The notes under the pieces: generated by a model | The model's database searches: none | Seen by the model: the letters and a program-made list of their open reading frames with translations, nothing else | What the model was told of the DNA's origin: nothing | Translations under genes and position numbers: made by a program | Shown here: one piece after another, positions 24,432 through 37,516 of the stretch | How the letters are laid out: the number at the start of each line of letters is the position of its first letter | Position numbering within the stretch: position 1 is the stretch's first letter | Origin: Octopus sinensis | Lineage: Eukaryota | DNA length: 64,000 nucleotides | Reading direction: 5' to 3' | Assembly (NCBI RefSeq): GCF_006345805.1 | Contig: NC_042999.1 | Span: 64,294,001 to 64,358,000 of the forward strand

Positions 24432-25154
24432 GGATCTTTACCTTTTGACCGACAGATTTAAAAAATAATTTTTTGTAACTAAACACTTTCAAACTTTGTA
24501 TACTGGTAGAATGTGTCACATAAAACATCTTTTACTCTTGGCGTTGTTGAGAAAATTCTATATTTTGGAAGTTATTTCTTGTTAAATTTGTCGTATTTCA
24601 GTAATTTCAACCAATCAATGATGTGTATTCAGCTGAATAAAATTACTGCTATTGTTTGTCAACGACAACTTCTGGCGGTGTATATTTCGTTTGTCACTGT
24701 CATTTAAGACATATTTCTTCTCAGTTACGTTTGTATGAATAAACGATTGTATCTGAAGCATGTTTACTTCATGGCACCACCATAATCGTTCGTGCTTCAT
24801 TTTTCACTTTTTTCCATAACTCTAACCCTAAAACCCCAACCCTAACCCTAAAACCAGTACAAATGCATGAAGGATGTCATAAATAACAGTGACAAACGAA
24901 AAATACACCGCCAGAAGTTCTTGTTGACAAACAACGGCAGTAATTTTATTCAGCTGAATACACGTCATTGATCGGTTGAAATTACTGAAATACGAGAACT
25001 TTAACAAGAAATAACTTCCAAAATACAGAATTTTCTCAACAACGCCAAGAGTAAAAGATGTTTTATGTGACACATTCTGCAAGTATATGAAGTTTGAAAG
25101 TGTTTAGTTACAAAAAATTATTTTTTAAGTCTGTCGGTCAAAAGGTAAAGATCC
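24432..25154. mobile_element. Foldback DNA transposon, 281-bp TIRs, 8-bp TSD (Merlin/MULE-like termini)
   Basis: Arms 24432-24712 and 24874-25154, GG...CC ends, TSD aaagtatt. Confidence 0.9.
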
Positions 25155-25708
25155 AAAGTATTTATATTTGCACCTATGCTAGTGACACATAAAGGCACCC
25201 ATACTGATGACATGTTAAGGGCACCCACTACACTCATGTAGTGGTTGGCATTAGGAAGGGCATCCAACTGTAAAAACCAAACCAAAATCAGATGGCATCT
25301 AGCACAGCTCTCCGGCTAACCAATTCCAGTCAAACTTCCTAACCTATGGAAAGCGGATACTAAATGATGATGGTGTATCATCATTGTTGTTCAAGACCTA
25401 AATCAGTTCTAATTAGGTAAACCTATGATTAGATGACTTCTAATGAAGCATTACACAGCACAATGAGTCTATCATTTTTTTTTTGTAAGGTTGTAAGGGA
25501 CAGTTTGAGCACTCTGTTTGGGAAGTCCCATAATAAAGTAGTACTGACTGTCAGCGAGCACTGGTAAAAAAGTTTTCTTCGTGAATGCCCATTTCCTTAT
25601 GTGCTAGCATTTAAACCAGGCATGTCTGGCCCAAATACTCTGTTTCATATTCAAACCAAACAGGTTTGATCTCCCACACCTATCCTATGATGTCATTCGA
25701 AAATAAAC

Positions 25709-26005
25709 ATAGGCGTAGGAGTGGCTGTGTGGTAAGTCGTTTACCAACCACATGGTTCTGGGTTCAGCCCCACTGTGTGGCACCTTGGGCAAATGTCTTC
25801 TACTATAGCCTCGGGTCGACCAAAGCCTTGTGAGAGGATATGGTAGATGGAAACTGAAAGAAGCACATCGTATATATGTATACATATATATATATATATC
25901 TATATGTGTGTATATGTTTATGTCTGTGTTTGTCCCCCCAACATCACTTGACAACTGATGCTGGTGTGTTTACATCCCTGTAACTTAGCAGTTTGGCAAA
26001 AGAAA
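25709..26005 (+). mobile_element. SINE family B (3'-truncated)
   Basis: Matches consensus. Confidence 0.8.
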
Positions 26006-26430
26006 CCCTCAGTCTCTCTCTCTCACTGGCTCCATCTACATTGAGTGCTTGGCACTTCTTTGTACACTTATCACCCTCCCCCTCTCTCTCTCTCTGTGCT
26101 TGTGTGTGATTGGTCTAATTCATCATATGACATAAAATATGAAACTGCTTCTATGTAGTCTTGACCTACCAGAAATAGCCACCAAATTCTTTCTAAAACC
26201 ACATTTTACAATTTTCAAAAAATGGTATGACATACTGAATAATAATAATAATAACATAGAGCAAGATATACAATCCAAAAACTAGATGGGATGGTCATTG
26301 TTGGAATATCTTGATCACAGTGGGTCTGCCTGATTAAAACTGATATGGGAATAATAAGCAACAACAACAGCCAGCAAACAAAAAAATGTTAATAGTCTAA
26401 AAAAGAGGTAAAAATGTAAATAAGGCTTAC

Positions 26431-26572
26431 ATCAATTTGCGTCAGGATATCGATGAATCCACAGGAATGGTTCGAAGAACAACATAAAGCTTTCAGGGCA
26501 CCGAGCCACTCAGACCGTAAAGCATTACACTTAGCTGTAAACTCGGCACATAGGATAGAGATTTCATTCAGC
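26431..26572 (-). CDS. MED12: MED12 exon (142 nt)
   Basis: [47 protein letters not shown]; ttcacag / gtaagc. Confidence 0.95.
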
Positions 26573-26681
26573 CTGTGAAGAGACAGCGGGTCAAGAAAAC
26601 AAAAATATAAAGCTTAAATGTTTAAGACGATTTATTCTTAATGAGATGAGAAATGTTTTCAAACTACTAATCGTTATATTA

Positions 26682-27059
26682 TCTCTCTATATATAAACAG
26701 CAAAATGTCTGTGTGTGTGTGTGTGTGTGTATCCTTAATACAAATCCACAATTTTTCAGTTAGAGGGCTCGCACTTTCTATGGTCATTCAAAACCGTCCA
26801 AGGGTGGGCGTGCACATCTTTACATTTCCCCTGTCACCCTGCAAAGCCATTAAAAAAAATCAATAGAAGTGACTTTTTTGTGAATTTTCTATCCAAATCC
26901 CAATCAAAATGCTCGAAATTTGATACGCCAATTGAATGCCAGCTAGCTGTATGTGATTGGTCGGAGATTTGGACAGTACTCACGTGTATGTGCGCACGCA
27001 CGCAGCTGTATATGCATGCACTAGCACTATGACCCAGTGTTGCCAGGTCATAGTGCTAG
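26682..27059 (+). mobile_element. Non-autonomous Helitron, family H1
   Basis: A|TC...CTAG|T. Confidence 0.85.
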
Positions 27060-27458
27060 TATACATTATATATCATTATTATTATTTACAACAAATGATC
27101 AAATTGTGCATTTGAATTAGCAACAGGAAGGGTATCCAGCAGTAAAATTATGTCTCAGTAATATGCATTCATCTAACTCATGCTAGCATAGGAAAAACAG
27201 ATGTAAAACTAACAAACAGGTAAACACTGCTTCAGTCAGTTTGGTCTCCTCCATCTGTAGTGTTGTTTTTAGATTGTATTTAGTACAATGCTATATTCAA
27301 ACCAAGTCTAATAATGGCCTTATCCAGGTCAGCAGCTTATTGAATGAGGTTAGGAGTCAATGCAGTAACAACATTAGGATATAATGGAATCTGTATAAAA
27401 GTTATGATGATGATGATGATGAATATTATGGTTGTGATCATGTTCAAAGTAGTAAATA

Positions 27459-28285
27459 TTAGGTTGTTCCAAAAATAATGGCCGATTTCAGAAACATAAT
27501 TTTATTCTGGAAAAATTAACAATAGAAATATTTTGATTAGTCAAAGTATGAGCTGTGAACATGTATGAATCTCTGCCATCTATCAACGAGATTATTTATG
27601 CCTTGCTGATAAGAACTTATTGACTTTGATGCTAAGAAATCTTTGAAAGCTGATTCCACCTCTGGTTTTGACCTGAAAGTTTTATCACTTAAAAACGTGT
27701 TTAAATGCTTAAAAAATCCGAAGTCTGTGGGTTTCTACAACGTCATTCTTGTAACATGTGGCTTTGCATCGTTGTGGAGCAGAACTGGGCAATGCCGATT
27801 CACCAATGCAGGTCTCATTTTTTTGCAAGTGAGCGTGCATTTCAGCAAGTTGATTGCAGTAAACCTCTGCTGTAATGCTCTGATTGGTTTCCAGAAAGCT
27901 GTAATGGACAACACCAATCGCAAGCCACCAGACAGTCACCATAATATTTTGCTGATGCAACTTTGGCTTTGGGAAATGTTTGGGGGACTCATCACGATCA
28001 AGCTATTTGCCTGAATGTTTACGGCTATCATAAAGGATCCACTTTTCATCACAAGTGACTATTCGGTCAAAAAAAGGATCATTGGTGTTTCGCAGAAAGA
28101 GCATTGAGCACACTTCAAAACGCCAGACATTATGATTTTCATTGAGCTTATGCGGTACCCATTTATCAAGCCTTTTCGCCATACCATTCTTTTGCAGACT
28201 GCGTGAGACCATTGCAATACCAACACCAAGTGCCTGAGACATTTCTCTGACACTTTGACATGGAATTTTTCCTTCTAAGTTTGGA
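27459..28285 (-). pseudogene. Mariner transposase fossil (Hsmar1/cecropia-like), 5'-truncated, one TIR
   Basis: WVPHKL, IVTCDEKWILYD, LLHNDAKPH, PTDFGFFKHL, terminal YFD*; TA + TTAGGTTGTTCCAAAAATAATGGCCG TIR; stops, frameshift, deletion. Confidence 0.92.
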
Positions 28286-28324
28286 ATTATATATTCCCTA
28301 CTATTAATAATAATAATAATAATA

Positions 28325-28478
28325 CTACACTCATGGAGTGGTTAGTGTTAGGAAGGGCATCCAGCTGTAGAAACACTGCCAGATCAGACTGGAGCCTGGT
28401 GTAGCCTTCTGGCTTCCCAGACCCCGGTTGAACCGTTCAACCCATGCTAGCATGGAAAATGGACGTTAAACGATGAAT
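28325..28478 (+). mobile_element. RTE 3'UTR fragment
   Basis: Same 3' end between (AAT)n runs. Confidence 0.78.
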
Positions 28479-29227
28479 AATAATAATAATAATAAAAATA
28501 AAAAATAATATATATATATATACACATACATATAGACATACATATATGTGTATATAATTGTGTGTATGTGTGTCTCTCTCTCTCTCCCTGAATGTGTGTT
28601 TCCTTGTCTTGACATCACATGATAGTTGTAAATCGGTAGCAGCCATACAAGCAGTGCTGTTTATTTCTGATATTCTGCAAAAACATGTGGCAATGAGGAA
28701 ATAGAGACGCTTTGCAGCATGATTAAACCTGGAACCAGCAGTACTTATTTTACTAACCCATTTGGTCTCAGCAAAGTCAGACTCATAAGGAGCGATATTA
28801 TTGTGATGTTCAAGCTTTCTGAGAGCACTAGTAACAGAAGAGATATAATAACAACTAAGAGTTGGTATACAGTGAGTACGATTCAGTGCTGACTGCCACA
28901 AACATAAAAGTTACTGATGAGCCAACATCAAAGCTCAGCTACTATAAATAAAACCTAAATCTCCTTCAAAATACATCCTGAAATCTTGAAGAAAAGAAAA
29001 AATATATTGGACAGTACGGTCCTGACTGCACTATGTCAGAGCTAGAATGCCCAAGATTATAGTTTTATTCAATCAAGGACAACCTGGGGTCAAACAACAA
29101 TACCGTAAATGTTGATATTTAGCTGCAGACTAGCTGTACAAAACCAGAACTATGAATAACAACATTCCGGTTCTTCACATGTTGGCCTTTTCCCCAGACG
29201 AAATGCTCCAACACCAAGGACTACATT

Positions 29228-29590
29228 GTCGCCTTACTGGCACTCGAGCCCTGTGCTAGTAGGGTATTAAGAGCACTATCCGAGCGTGATTGTTGCCAGA
29301 GTGGTTATCTTGCTTCCGTGTGTGTTCGTTACCAGCATCGCCTTACTGGCACCTGTGCCGGTGGCATGTGTAGAAGATTCAAGTGAGGTCGTTGCCAGTA
29401 CCCCCCTGACTGGCCTCGTGCCGGTGGCATGTAAAAGCACTCACTACACTGTCAGAGTGGTTGGCGTTAGGAAGGGCATCCAGCTGTAGAAACTCTGCCA
29501 AATCAAGATTGAAGCCTGGTTCGCCAGCCCTCAATCATTTGTCCAACCCATGCTAGCATGGAAAGCGGACGTTAAACGATGATGATGATG
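29228..29590 (+). mobile_element. RTE 3'UTR fragment
   Basis: Modular subrepeats + (gat)n tail. Confidence 0.8.
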
Positions 29591-29683
29591 TCCTTTTTAA
29601 GACAATATGGTGTATTTAACAAGAAATTTCAGCCGTTATTTCTAAGAGAAATACAAAATGAGACAAAAATTGCTGGAACCTAC

Positions 29684-30198
29684 CGATCTGTTACTTGGGA
29701 ATTGCATATATTAAGTACTGCGTTGCATACAAAGTTATAGCGGTATCCTGAATTTTCATTCAATTGTTTGACCAGCATGGCATCAGGTATGGATTTGACA
29801 TCATTAAAATAGTCCATCATAAAGTTAGGATCCCAGAGTAAATCCAACACTGATGGAGTTATGTTGGTATCGTGAGTCTGTTTCATTTTACTAAAAGTAG
29901 CACTGAAGCTGTCCAAATATTTGGCCTTCAGGTAACTGGCAGAAGTGTAAAGATCAAACAGGTATGCCTGGACACATCTTTCAGCAGAGGTACAATCCGA
30001 AGGATTATTTATATGCTTGATGATAGCATTCAATCCTTCAAAGGCAGCACAGGCCAAGTCCTGGCAGACAAGCATGTAAGAGCAGTATTTACTGAATATG
30101 CCAATGATACATAGGCATAATGAAGAAACGTAGTTCGTAGCAAGAGACGATGCTTTCAACATCAGCTGGACTTCCACCTGACTAAGCTCTTTCAGCAG
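29684..30198 (-). CDS. MED12: MED12 exon (515 nt, longest)
   Basis: LLKELSQVEVQLMLKASSL..SDCTSAERCVQAYLFDLYTS..YRYNFVCNAVLNICNSQVTD; ctctag / gtaggt. Confidence 0.96.
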
Positions 30199-30281
30199 CT
30201 AGAGAGAAAAAAAGAAAAAGAAAGTAAAACTGATAAATAAGAAATAAATCATTTATACATTTAAAAATACACAACTGTAAA

Positions 30282-30475
30282 CCCTTTCGCATTTAAACCA
30301 ATCCTATCCAGTACAAATATTCTATGTTTAAACTTGCCAGATCTCGCCTCTTGCGTCTATTCTACAATGTCACTCTAACAATTAATAGTTTCACCATCAA
30401 AATGTCAAAGTTACAAGTTAATGCATGATTAGTTCAAAACAATAGAGTTAACAGAGAAATTTGAAGGTTAAAGGG
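30282..30475. mobile_element. piggyBac-type MITE family P1 (decayed)
   Basis: CCCTTT...AAAGGG|TTAA, internal similarity to 16381-16606. Confidence 0.7.
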
Positions 30476-30667
30476 TTAAAAAAAAAGCTACTTTGATCAA
30501 GATAAATGGTGAAAATAGCTGAATCAATAAGATGTCAATATAACAACACTAGCCCCTCTTGGGCCTAACTACAGCCCACAGTGTCTTCAATTTATATGGC
30601 ATCTTCTGCTCCTCTTGTGTCCAGCCAAGACCACAAATCAAAGTTTCTGTTTTCTGTCTCTTCTGAT

Positions 30668-30900
30668 TCTTATTTCTTTATTGCCCACAAGGGACTAAAC
30701 ACAGAGAGGACAAACAAGGACAGACAAAGGGATTAAGTCGATTACATCAACCCCAGGACGTAACTGGTACTTAATTTATTGACCCCAAAAGGATGAAAGG
30801 CAAAGTCGACCTCGGCAGAATTTGAACCCAGAACGTAACGGCAGACGAAATACTGCTAAGCATTTCGCTTGGCGTGCTAACGATTCTGCCAGCTTACCGC
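30668..30900 (-). mobile_element. SINE family C
   Basis: Reverse complement of 4990-5221; flanking cttctgatt repeat. Confidence 0.82.
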
Positions 30901-31217
30901 CTTCTGATTTTATTACAATAGTATCTGCCTTTCTGAACAAATGTGCCACATACCTTTCTCCATCAAAGCTCCCTTTATAAATCTCCTCTTTTTGTGGTAT
31001 CTACTTCAATCATCTACCAGCCCAGACAAAACATTTTTTCTGATTGTTTTTTTCCCAGAGCCATAACTCTCTAAAAATCCTTCCTTGTCTATATTTTTCT
31101 CTGCAAATGTTAAGTTAGAGATTCAAACTAAATATCAATTGTGACAGCCTCACCTGCCTTGGAAGGTCTCTACAAGAGATGCTGAGAAAACTGTGTAAAG
31201 TCTAACAAATAAATCAA

Positions 31218-31435
31218 CCCTTTAGCATTCAGATTACTCTGTCAAATATGTTTATTTATTCCCATCATTTTGTATTAATCATGCATTATTTCATAGCTTC
31301 AATATGTCAATATGACGTGATTGCTTATTTTTAGAATGACATTGTAAGGAGGGTGAGAGAGGCTGGATCTGGGCCAGTTTGAACATAAAACGTAGAATAT
31401 TTGGGTTAGATCTGACTGGTTTAAATGTAAAAGGG
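31218..31435. mobile_element. piggyBac-type MITE family P1 (opposite orientation to 30282-30475)
   Basis: CCCTTTAGCATT...AAAGGG|TTAA. Confidence 0.78.
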
Positions 31436-31773
31436 TTAAATCATTTTACTTCTACTATTTTATATATAAACAAAAGCAAGTGGGTGATGCTGATACACTT
31501 TCACACCATAAAGGTTGCTGTGTTATGTATAAACACTATGACAATGTAAGGCATACATAATCTTCTGAATTGGTAAAAACAATGGTTATAATAAAAAATA
31601 ATAATAATAATAATTATTATTATTATTATTAATCACTAAATTAAAGTCATTTGACAAGTGCTTTTTCTAATAAAGACAATTTCTTTTCACATTTCATTTA
31701 CAACTTATGGAAAATATCAAAAGACAAAATGATTTATGAAAAAAAACCCTTCAGCTATTGCATTTTCAGAACC

Positions 31774-31968
31774 CTTTACTCTTTTACTTGTTTCAGTCAT
31801 GTGACTGTGGCCATGCTGGAGCACCACCTTTAGTCGAGCAAATCGACCCCAGAACTTATTCTTTGTAAGCCTAGTACTTATTCTATCGGTCTCTTTTGCC
31901 GAACTGCTAAGTTACGGGGATGTAAACTCACCAGCATCAGTTGTCAAGCGATGTTAAGGGACAAACAG

Positions 31969-32001
<33 letters not shown>

Positions 32002-32172
32002 CATATATATGATGGGCTTCTTTCAGTTTCTGTTTACCAAATCCACTCACAAGGCTTTGATCGGCCCAAGGCTATAATAGAAGACACTTGCCAAAGGTGC
32101 CACACAGTGGGACTGAACCTGGAACCATGTAGTTGATAAGCAAGCTACTTACCACACAGCCACTCTTACGCC
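31774..32172 (-). mobile_element. SINE family B, full length
   Basis: Reverse complement of consensus. Confidence 0.85.
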
Positions 32173-32710
32173 TTGGTTAGATTTTTGTATGAAAACCTTA
32201 AAGATTATTCTCTATACAATTTATTAACACTGTATTTTATTATTCTGTACAGCTATGTCAAATACATAAAACACAGTAGATCCCATCACCAACTCGTGGT
32301 GTGAAAGTGATTGCCAATAAAGTACCATATTTGATGGTATATAAGGCACACTTTTTTCCAGAAAAGTGTATCAAAATGTCACCCCAGATCTTATATGTGA
32401 AGTTAGGTATCATAAGCTTTTATGCACAAAAACCTCTTTTCCTGAATATGCATAGCTGAAACTGGCATGTGTCAAGTATGTTTGTGCTTTTTTTTTTTTA
32501 AGCTATCAAATACAGTAGCTGTAGAAGAGGAATACAGAGAAAGATGTGGAGAGATCTGATCTCAGGGTGGGGATTAGTGTCAATGCTATTACACTATACT
32601 GATGGAAATAACAATACACTACAGCAAAACCATCCAAAAAGGAAAAAATAGCTGTTAAAACAATAAAGATGATGGTTTCAACACAAAGCAAGAACATAGA
32701 CCCTACTTAC

Positions 32711-33037
32711 TTGTAATGCAAAGTCCAAAAGGCCACTTATATTTAGTGAATAATCCATTAAATCAAAGAGGTAGGAAATATTGTCAACGACGGGTAAATA
32801 ACAGGAGTTACCAGCAGCAAAACTTGACAACTGTTCCAGTACGCTGCTCACACAAGATGATGTCACAGCATGCATGTCATAATAGGAAAGTCTCTGAAAC
32901 TTGTTGAATGTGCTCTCTAGGTTACTTGATGAATCGCTGTCTTTATCCTTCTCTTTCTCTTTTTTCTTTTTAACTTTTGTCGGGTCACCGCTGCTTATGT
33001 CTATGCAATTCTTTTTGTTAAAAAGTCTCAAGATTTC
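32711..33037 (-). CDS. MED12: MED12 exon (327 nt)
   Basis: EILRLFNKK..KVKKKKEKEKDKD..FNKFQRLSYYDMHAVT..YLFDLMDYSLNISGLLDFALQ; tttcag / gtaagt. Confidence 0.95.
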
Positions 33038-33672
33038 CTGAAATCAAAGACAGAAGCGAATATGTTGAAAACGTTTTTAAAAATTCAGAATCAATTTTAC
33101 ATAGAAAGTCTTTATTTTTTTAATTTTTTGTTTTTTCTTAGCTTATCACTATTTAATTTTCTAGTTTCTACTTCTTAGTATAATGAAATACAAACTAAAT
33201 ATGAGCTGTGCCCATCTCAACAGTCTTGAAATGCCATCTATAAGGGTCACAGATACTGGTCCACCTTCTTTATTTAATAAAAAGAAAATCAAAAGCTTGA
33301 AATTTAAAATCTAACACTACATTTCCTATTTTCCTTTATTGGCAAGTTATACAATTATAGAGGGAAAAGATTAAAAATTACCAATAAATGAATACAGACA
33401 TACATATCAGCAAATTTGAGGTGCTATACATGATGAAATGTTAACCCAAACAGAAATTCAAAGCTTATTACATGCAGTGTAGTGCTTTCAAGATTAGCCA
33501 CATACATCCTCAGTCTTCCCCTTTGTACTTTAGCCTCTCAATACCTGGAATAAGGCCAGCTCTCCCTCTACTACAACCCCACTCAGTTAACAAGCTTTTC
33601 TTTGTGTTGCAAGTTGTTTGACAACCTCACTAGCACCAGTGTCATGAAAAAAAAACACAGTATACTCTGTAA

Positions 33673-33940
33673 ATCATCATCATCATCATCATCATCATCG
33701 TTTAACGTCCGTTTTCCATGCTAGCATGGGTTGGATGGTTCAACCCGGATCTGGGAAGCCAGGAGGCTGCACCAGGCTCCAGTCTGATCTGGCAGTGTTT
33801 CTACAGCTGGATGCCCTTCCTAACGCCAACCACTCCGTGAGTGATTTTTACGTGCCAGGGGAGGCTGGCAATGGCCACGATCCGTTGGTGCTTTTTACGT
33901 GCCACTGACACGGAAGCCAGTTAAGGTGGTGCTGGCATGT
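33673..33940 (-). mobile_element. RTE 3'UTR fragment (subfamily 2)
   Basis: (cat)n tail + shared core. Confidence 0.8.
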
Positions 33941-34795
33941 GGAAATAAATATTTCACTGATCTCTCAAGAAAGTTTAACCCAGCACAATAGGTGATGGAC
34001 AGACTGTTGAATGACTGGATAAATAAATATTACATAAACGCCATTAAGATAGTAGTGTGGAGGCTCTAACACTAAGCTAACAATGCAGTTATTTCCATGA
34101 TGCCCAATGAAAAACTTTAATTCTTATGAGAACAGTCTCCTACAGCTATACTGAAGTTTTGGTGAGTACACTGAAGATACAGCAACAATGAAGTTTTGAA
34201 AAAGAGATCAAGTGATTTTTATGGTATTTGAAAAAAACAAATGAACACAATTGGTGCCATTAATAAAAACTACAAGGTCTTAAGACTGATAGTACACAAG
34301 TTAAGCTGGTACTTTACTATTATCACCAGCCAATTTTTTATTTATTAAAGAATTAGTAAATAACTATCATACATGTGAGAGGGTGTAATAGTTGATTGGC
34401 AAGTTTTCTGAATGGCTATCACAACTTCATGGAGAAGGAAAAGCCAAGGAATTAGGTAATTGCTCAATAGTTTATTTATTAATCCTTTAGTTAATAAAAA
34501 AAATTGGTTGTCAATAAGAGGAAAATGCCACTAAGTTACTAAGTTGCGTCTCTAGCAACAAGAACAATAATATGAGCCGAAGGGAGAAACCTCTTTTTTG
34601 TAGCTTGACCAGTAAGAAATATCAGCCAAGTCATACACCCTCCCAAGAGAAAAAAAAAACGTCAGACTGAATAATTTAGTTATAGATATATGAGAAAAAT
34701 GTGATGGTCACAGTTGGAATGCCTTTGATCATGTCTAACCAATTAGAGCTGAGCTGGAGTGAAACAACAGCCATAAAATCAAGATCAAGTCTTAC

Positions 34796-35037
34796 CTTGG
34801 TGACTTTTTTAATGATATGCCTTGCGTTGTCACGAGCTTTACCAACTCCATATAGAACAACAAAACGCTGGTTGCATTCATGGGCATAGCTCTCGTTTTG
34901 TGGAATAGGAAAGTGAGTGGCAAATAGCATATGGCGTGATGGGCCTTTGGGAGGAGGAGGCTGAGGTGGCGCTGATTGTGACTCTCCCACGCTCATAATT
35001 GGTTGATCACGTTCTGATTTCACGGATTTCACTGAAG
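34796..35037 (-). CDS. MED12: MED12 exon (242 nt)
   Basis: [60 protein letters not shown]; cttcag / gtaaga. Confidence 0.95.
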
Positions 35038-35427
35038 CTGAAGAAAGATAATGGATAAGTTAATGCAGACCCTATTATACACTCTGAACATTCTACATAC
35101 ATATACATACAAAAGATTCTTCAACATATGCACAGACACACACTGAATACTCTATCATACACAAGCATACAATAAATATTATATTAAAAATCAAAACCAT
35201 ACTTAAAACTCAATCTTTGCTTGTTGCTTTCTCTCCTTCAATCCTCCCTTTGTCTTTCTCTCTCTCACTACTTTCTTTCTCTACCATTTTCTTTCAATCT
35301 TTTCCTTTCTTACTTACTCTCTATTTCCTTCTCCATTTTCTTTCTCTCTACCCTCATCTCTGTATCTCCCTTGCTCAACTTCACCACATAAATGAAAAGG
35401 TTCACAAACAGGCAATAAGTTATTCAC

Positions 35428-35536
35428 CTGGTGCTTCAGGACTTGTCTTCTGTTCTTCTTTAACTGATCCAAATAGACTCCCAAGATCACTCTCCATGGT
35501 ATGAATGTCTAAGTCCATCTTGATATCATCTTGATG
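35428..35536 (-). CDS. MED12: MED12 exon (109 nt, poorly conserved linker)
   Basis: HQDDIKMDLDIHTMESDLGSLFGSVKEEQKTSPEAP; tattag / gtgaat; needed to bridge phase 0 to 1. Confidence 0.85.
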
Positions 35537-36067
35537 CTAATAACAATAAAAAAAAAATTAATAAAATCCAAATCATCACAGGATTCAAAGCAGTATGGCA
35601 ATCATAGAAAATCTGTATTATTTGGCAAAACCAGTCATTACTCTTTTTTTTCTGTTATTAAACACTGCTGTGTGAAGCAATATCTCAAACGATTGGATCT
35701 CTAGATTAACATTTGCTCTCCTTCCCTAACAAATAATGGGGATAACAGTTAATCCTCTGACTGAACCAAGGAAGCTGTTTCATATTGTTGATACTGTCTG
35801 TCAGTTACACTCCCAATAGAAGTGTCACTGTTTTTCAGTGACAAGGTAGATTTTGAACATAAAATGTACAGATCTGACATGGATACTGCAGAGTATCTCA
35901 TTTGACATTCTAACAATTCCTGGGCTTACACATTTTTTATCGACCCTGAAAGGAAGAAAGGCAAAGCTAACCATAGCTGGATTTGAACCCAGAATGCACA
36001 GAGTTGGAGCAATTACCATGAATCAGAGCATTTTATAAGTAAAAGACTTTGCTTATGAGGGATTTAA

Positions 36068-36264
36068 CGCTTTAGCATTAAAGTTACTCTGTTAGTTGTA
36101 TGAATTAATCATGCATTATTTCATAGCTTCAAGACTTTGATGATGGGATTGTTTACTTTTAGAATGACATTGTAGGCTAAGTGTGAGAGGCCAAATCGGA
36201 CTTGTTTGAAAATAGAACAGGCGGAATATTTCAGTTGGACATGTCCAGTTTAAATGCTAAATGG
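36068..36264. mobile_element. piggyBac-type MITE family P1
   Basis: TTAA flanks, decayed TIRs, same interior. Confidence 0.72.
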
Positions 36265-36292
36265 TTAAAATCATTTGTTACTTTTCATTCAG

Positions 36293-36660
36293 CATCATCA
36301 TCATCATCATCGTTGTTTAACGTCTGTTTTTCATGCTAGCATGGGTCGGACAGTTCAACTGGGGTCTGGGAAGCCAGGAGGATGCACCAGGCTCCAGTCT
36401 GATCTGGCAGTGTTTCTACAGCTGGATGCCCTTCCTAACACTAACCATTCCATGAGTGCTTTTTATGTGCCACCGGCACAAGGGCCAGATGGGGCTGGCA
36501 ATGGCCACGATTGGTTGGTGCTTTTTACGTGTCACCAGCATGGAAGCCAGCCAAGGTGGTGCTGGCATTGGCCACATTCAATTGGTGCTTTTTATGTGCC
36601 ACCGGCACGGGTATCACAACTACAATTTCCATTTGATTTTTATTTTAATGTTGATTTGAC
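36293..36660 (-). mobile_element. RTE 3'UTR fragment (subfamily 2)
   Basis: (cat)n tail + shared core. Confidence 0.8.
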
Positions 36661-37034
36661 CATTTTGTTACCATATTATGTTTGTAACATGTTGTTTTTG
36701 TTTCAATTAATTTTCAAAATAATTAAGAATTTAATAAAATAACTTTGTCATTATTAAGCTGGTGTTTGGAACATAAATTGCAATTTTGATGGTAAATTTT
36801 AATTTACATCATTTTAAAAGAGGGAAGTTTACATCACAGAACCAGGAGGGGTCTCAGGAGAGTTGGTATCAAAAGGGTTTAAAAAGTTCCAGTCAATTTA
36901 CAGATAATAGTACCTTTACCAAATATTCAAAATAATGATAATGAGGAAAAAGGGACACCTCTCTAACCCTTTAGCAATCAAACTGGCCATATCTAGACCA
37001 AAATATTCTACCTGTTTTATGTTCAAACTGGTCA

Positions 37035-37384
37035 AAGCACCATCCGAGCGTGATTGTTGCCAGAGCAGCAAACTGGCTTCCATGCCGGTGGCACGTAAAA
37101 GGCACCATTCGAGCGTGATCGTTACCAGTGTCGCCTTACTGGCATGTGTAAAATCATTCGAGCGAGGTCGTTGCCAGTACTGCCTGACTGGCCCCCGTGC
37201 TGGCGGCACGTAAAAGCACCCACTACACTCTCGGAGTGGTTGGCGTTAGAAAGGGCATCCAGCTGTAGAAACTCTGCCAGATCAAGATTGGAGCCTGGTG
37301 CAGCCATCTGGTTCGCCAGCCCTCAGTGAAATTGTCCAACCCATGCTAGCATGGAAAGCTGATGTTAAATGATGATGATGATGA
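37035..37384 (+). mobile_element. RTE 3'UTR fragment nested in a piggyBac-type MITE
   Basis: TSD tggtca at 37029-37034 and 37385-37390. Confidence 0.85.
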
Positions 37385-37516
37385 TGGTCAGATCTGGCCT
37401 CTGCCATCTACCCTATAATTTCATTATAAAATTAAACACAATCACATCATCTAAATCTCAAAGCTACAAGATAATGCATGATTAATTGAAAACAAAATGA
37501 ATAAATAAGCATTACA

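Noticed and set aside
24817-24855. Interstitial telomere or chromosome-fusion scar
   Set aside because: Only a few degenerate CCCTAA units, internal to a transposon
24513-25082. Two similar ORFs on opposite strands (MSHKTSFTLGVVEK..)
   Set aside because: Mirror translations of the foldback element arms, not genes
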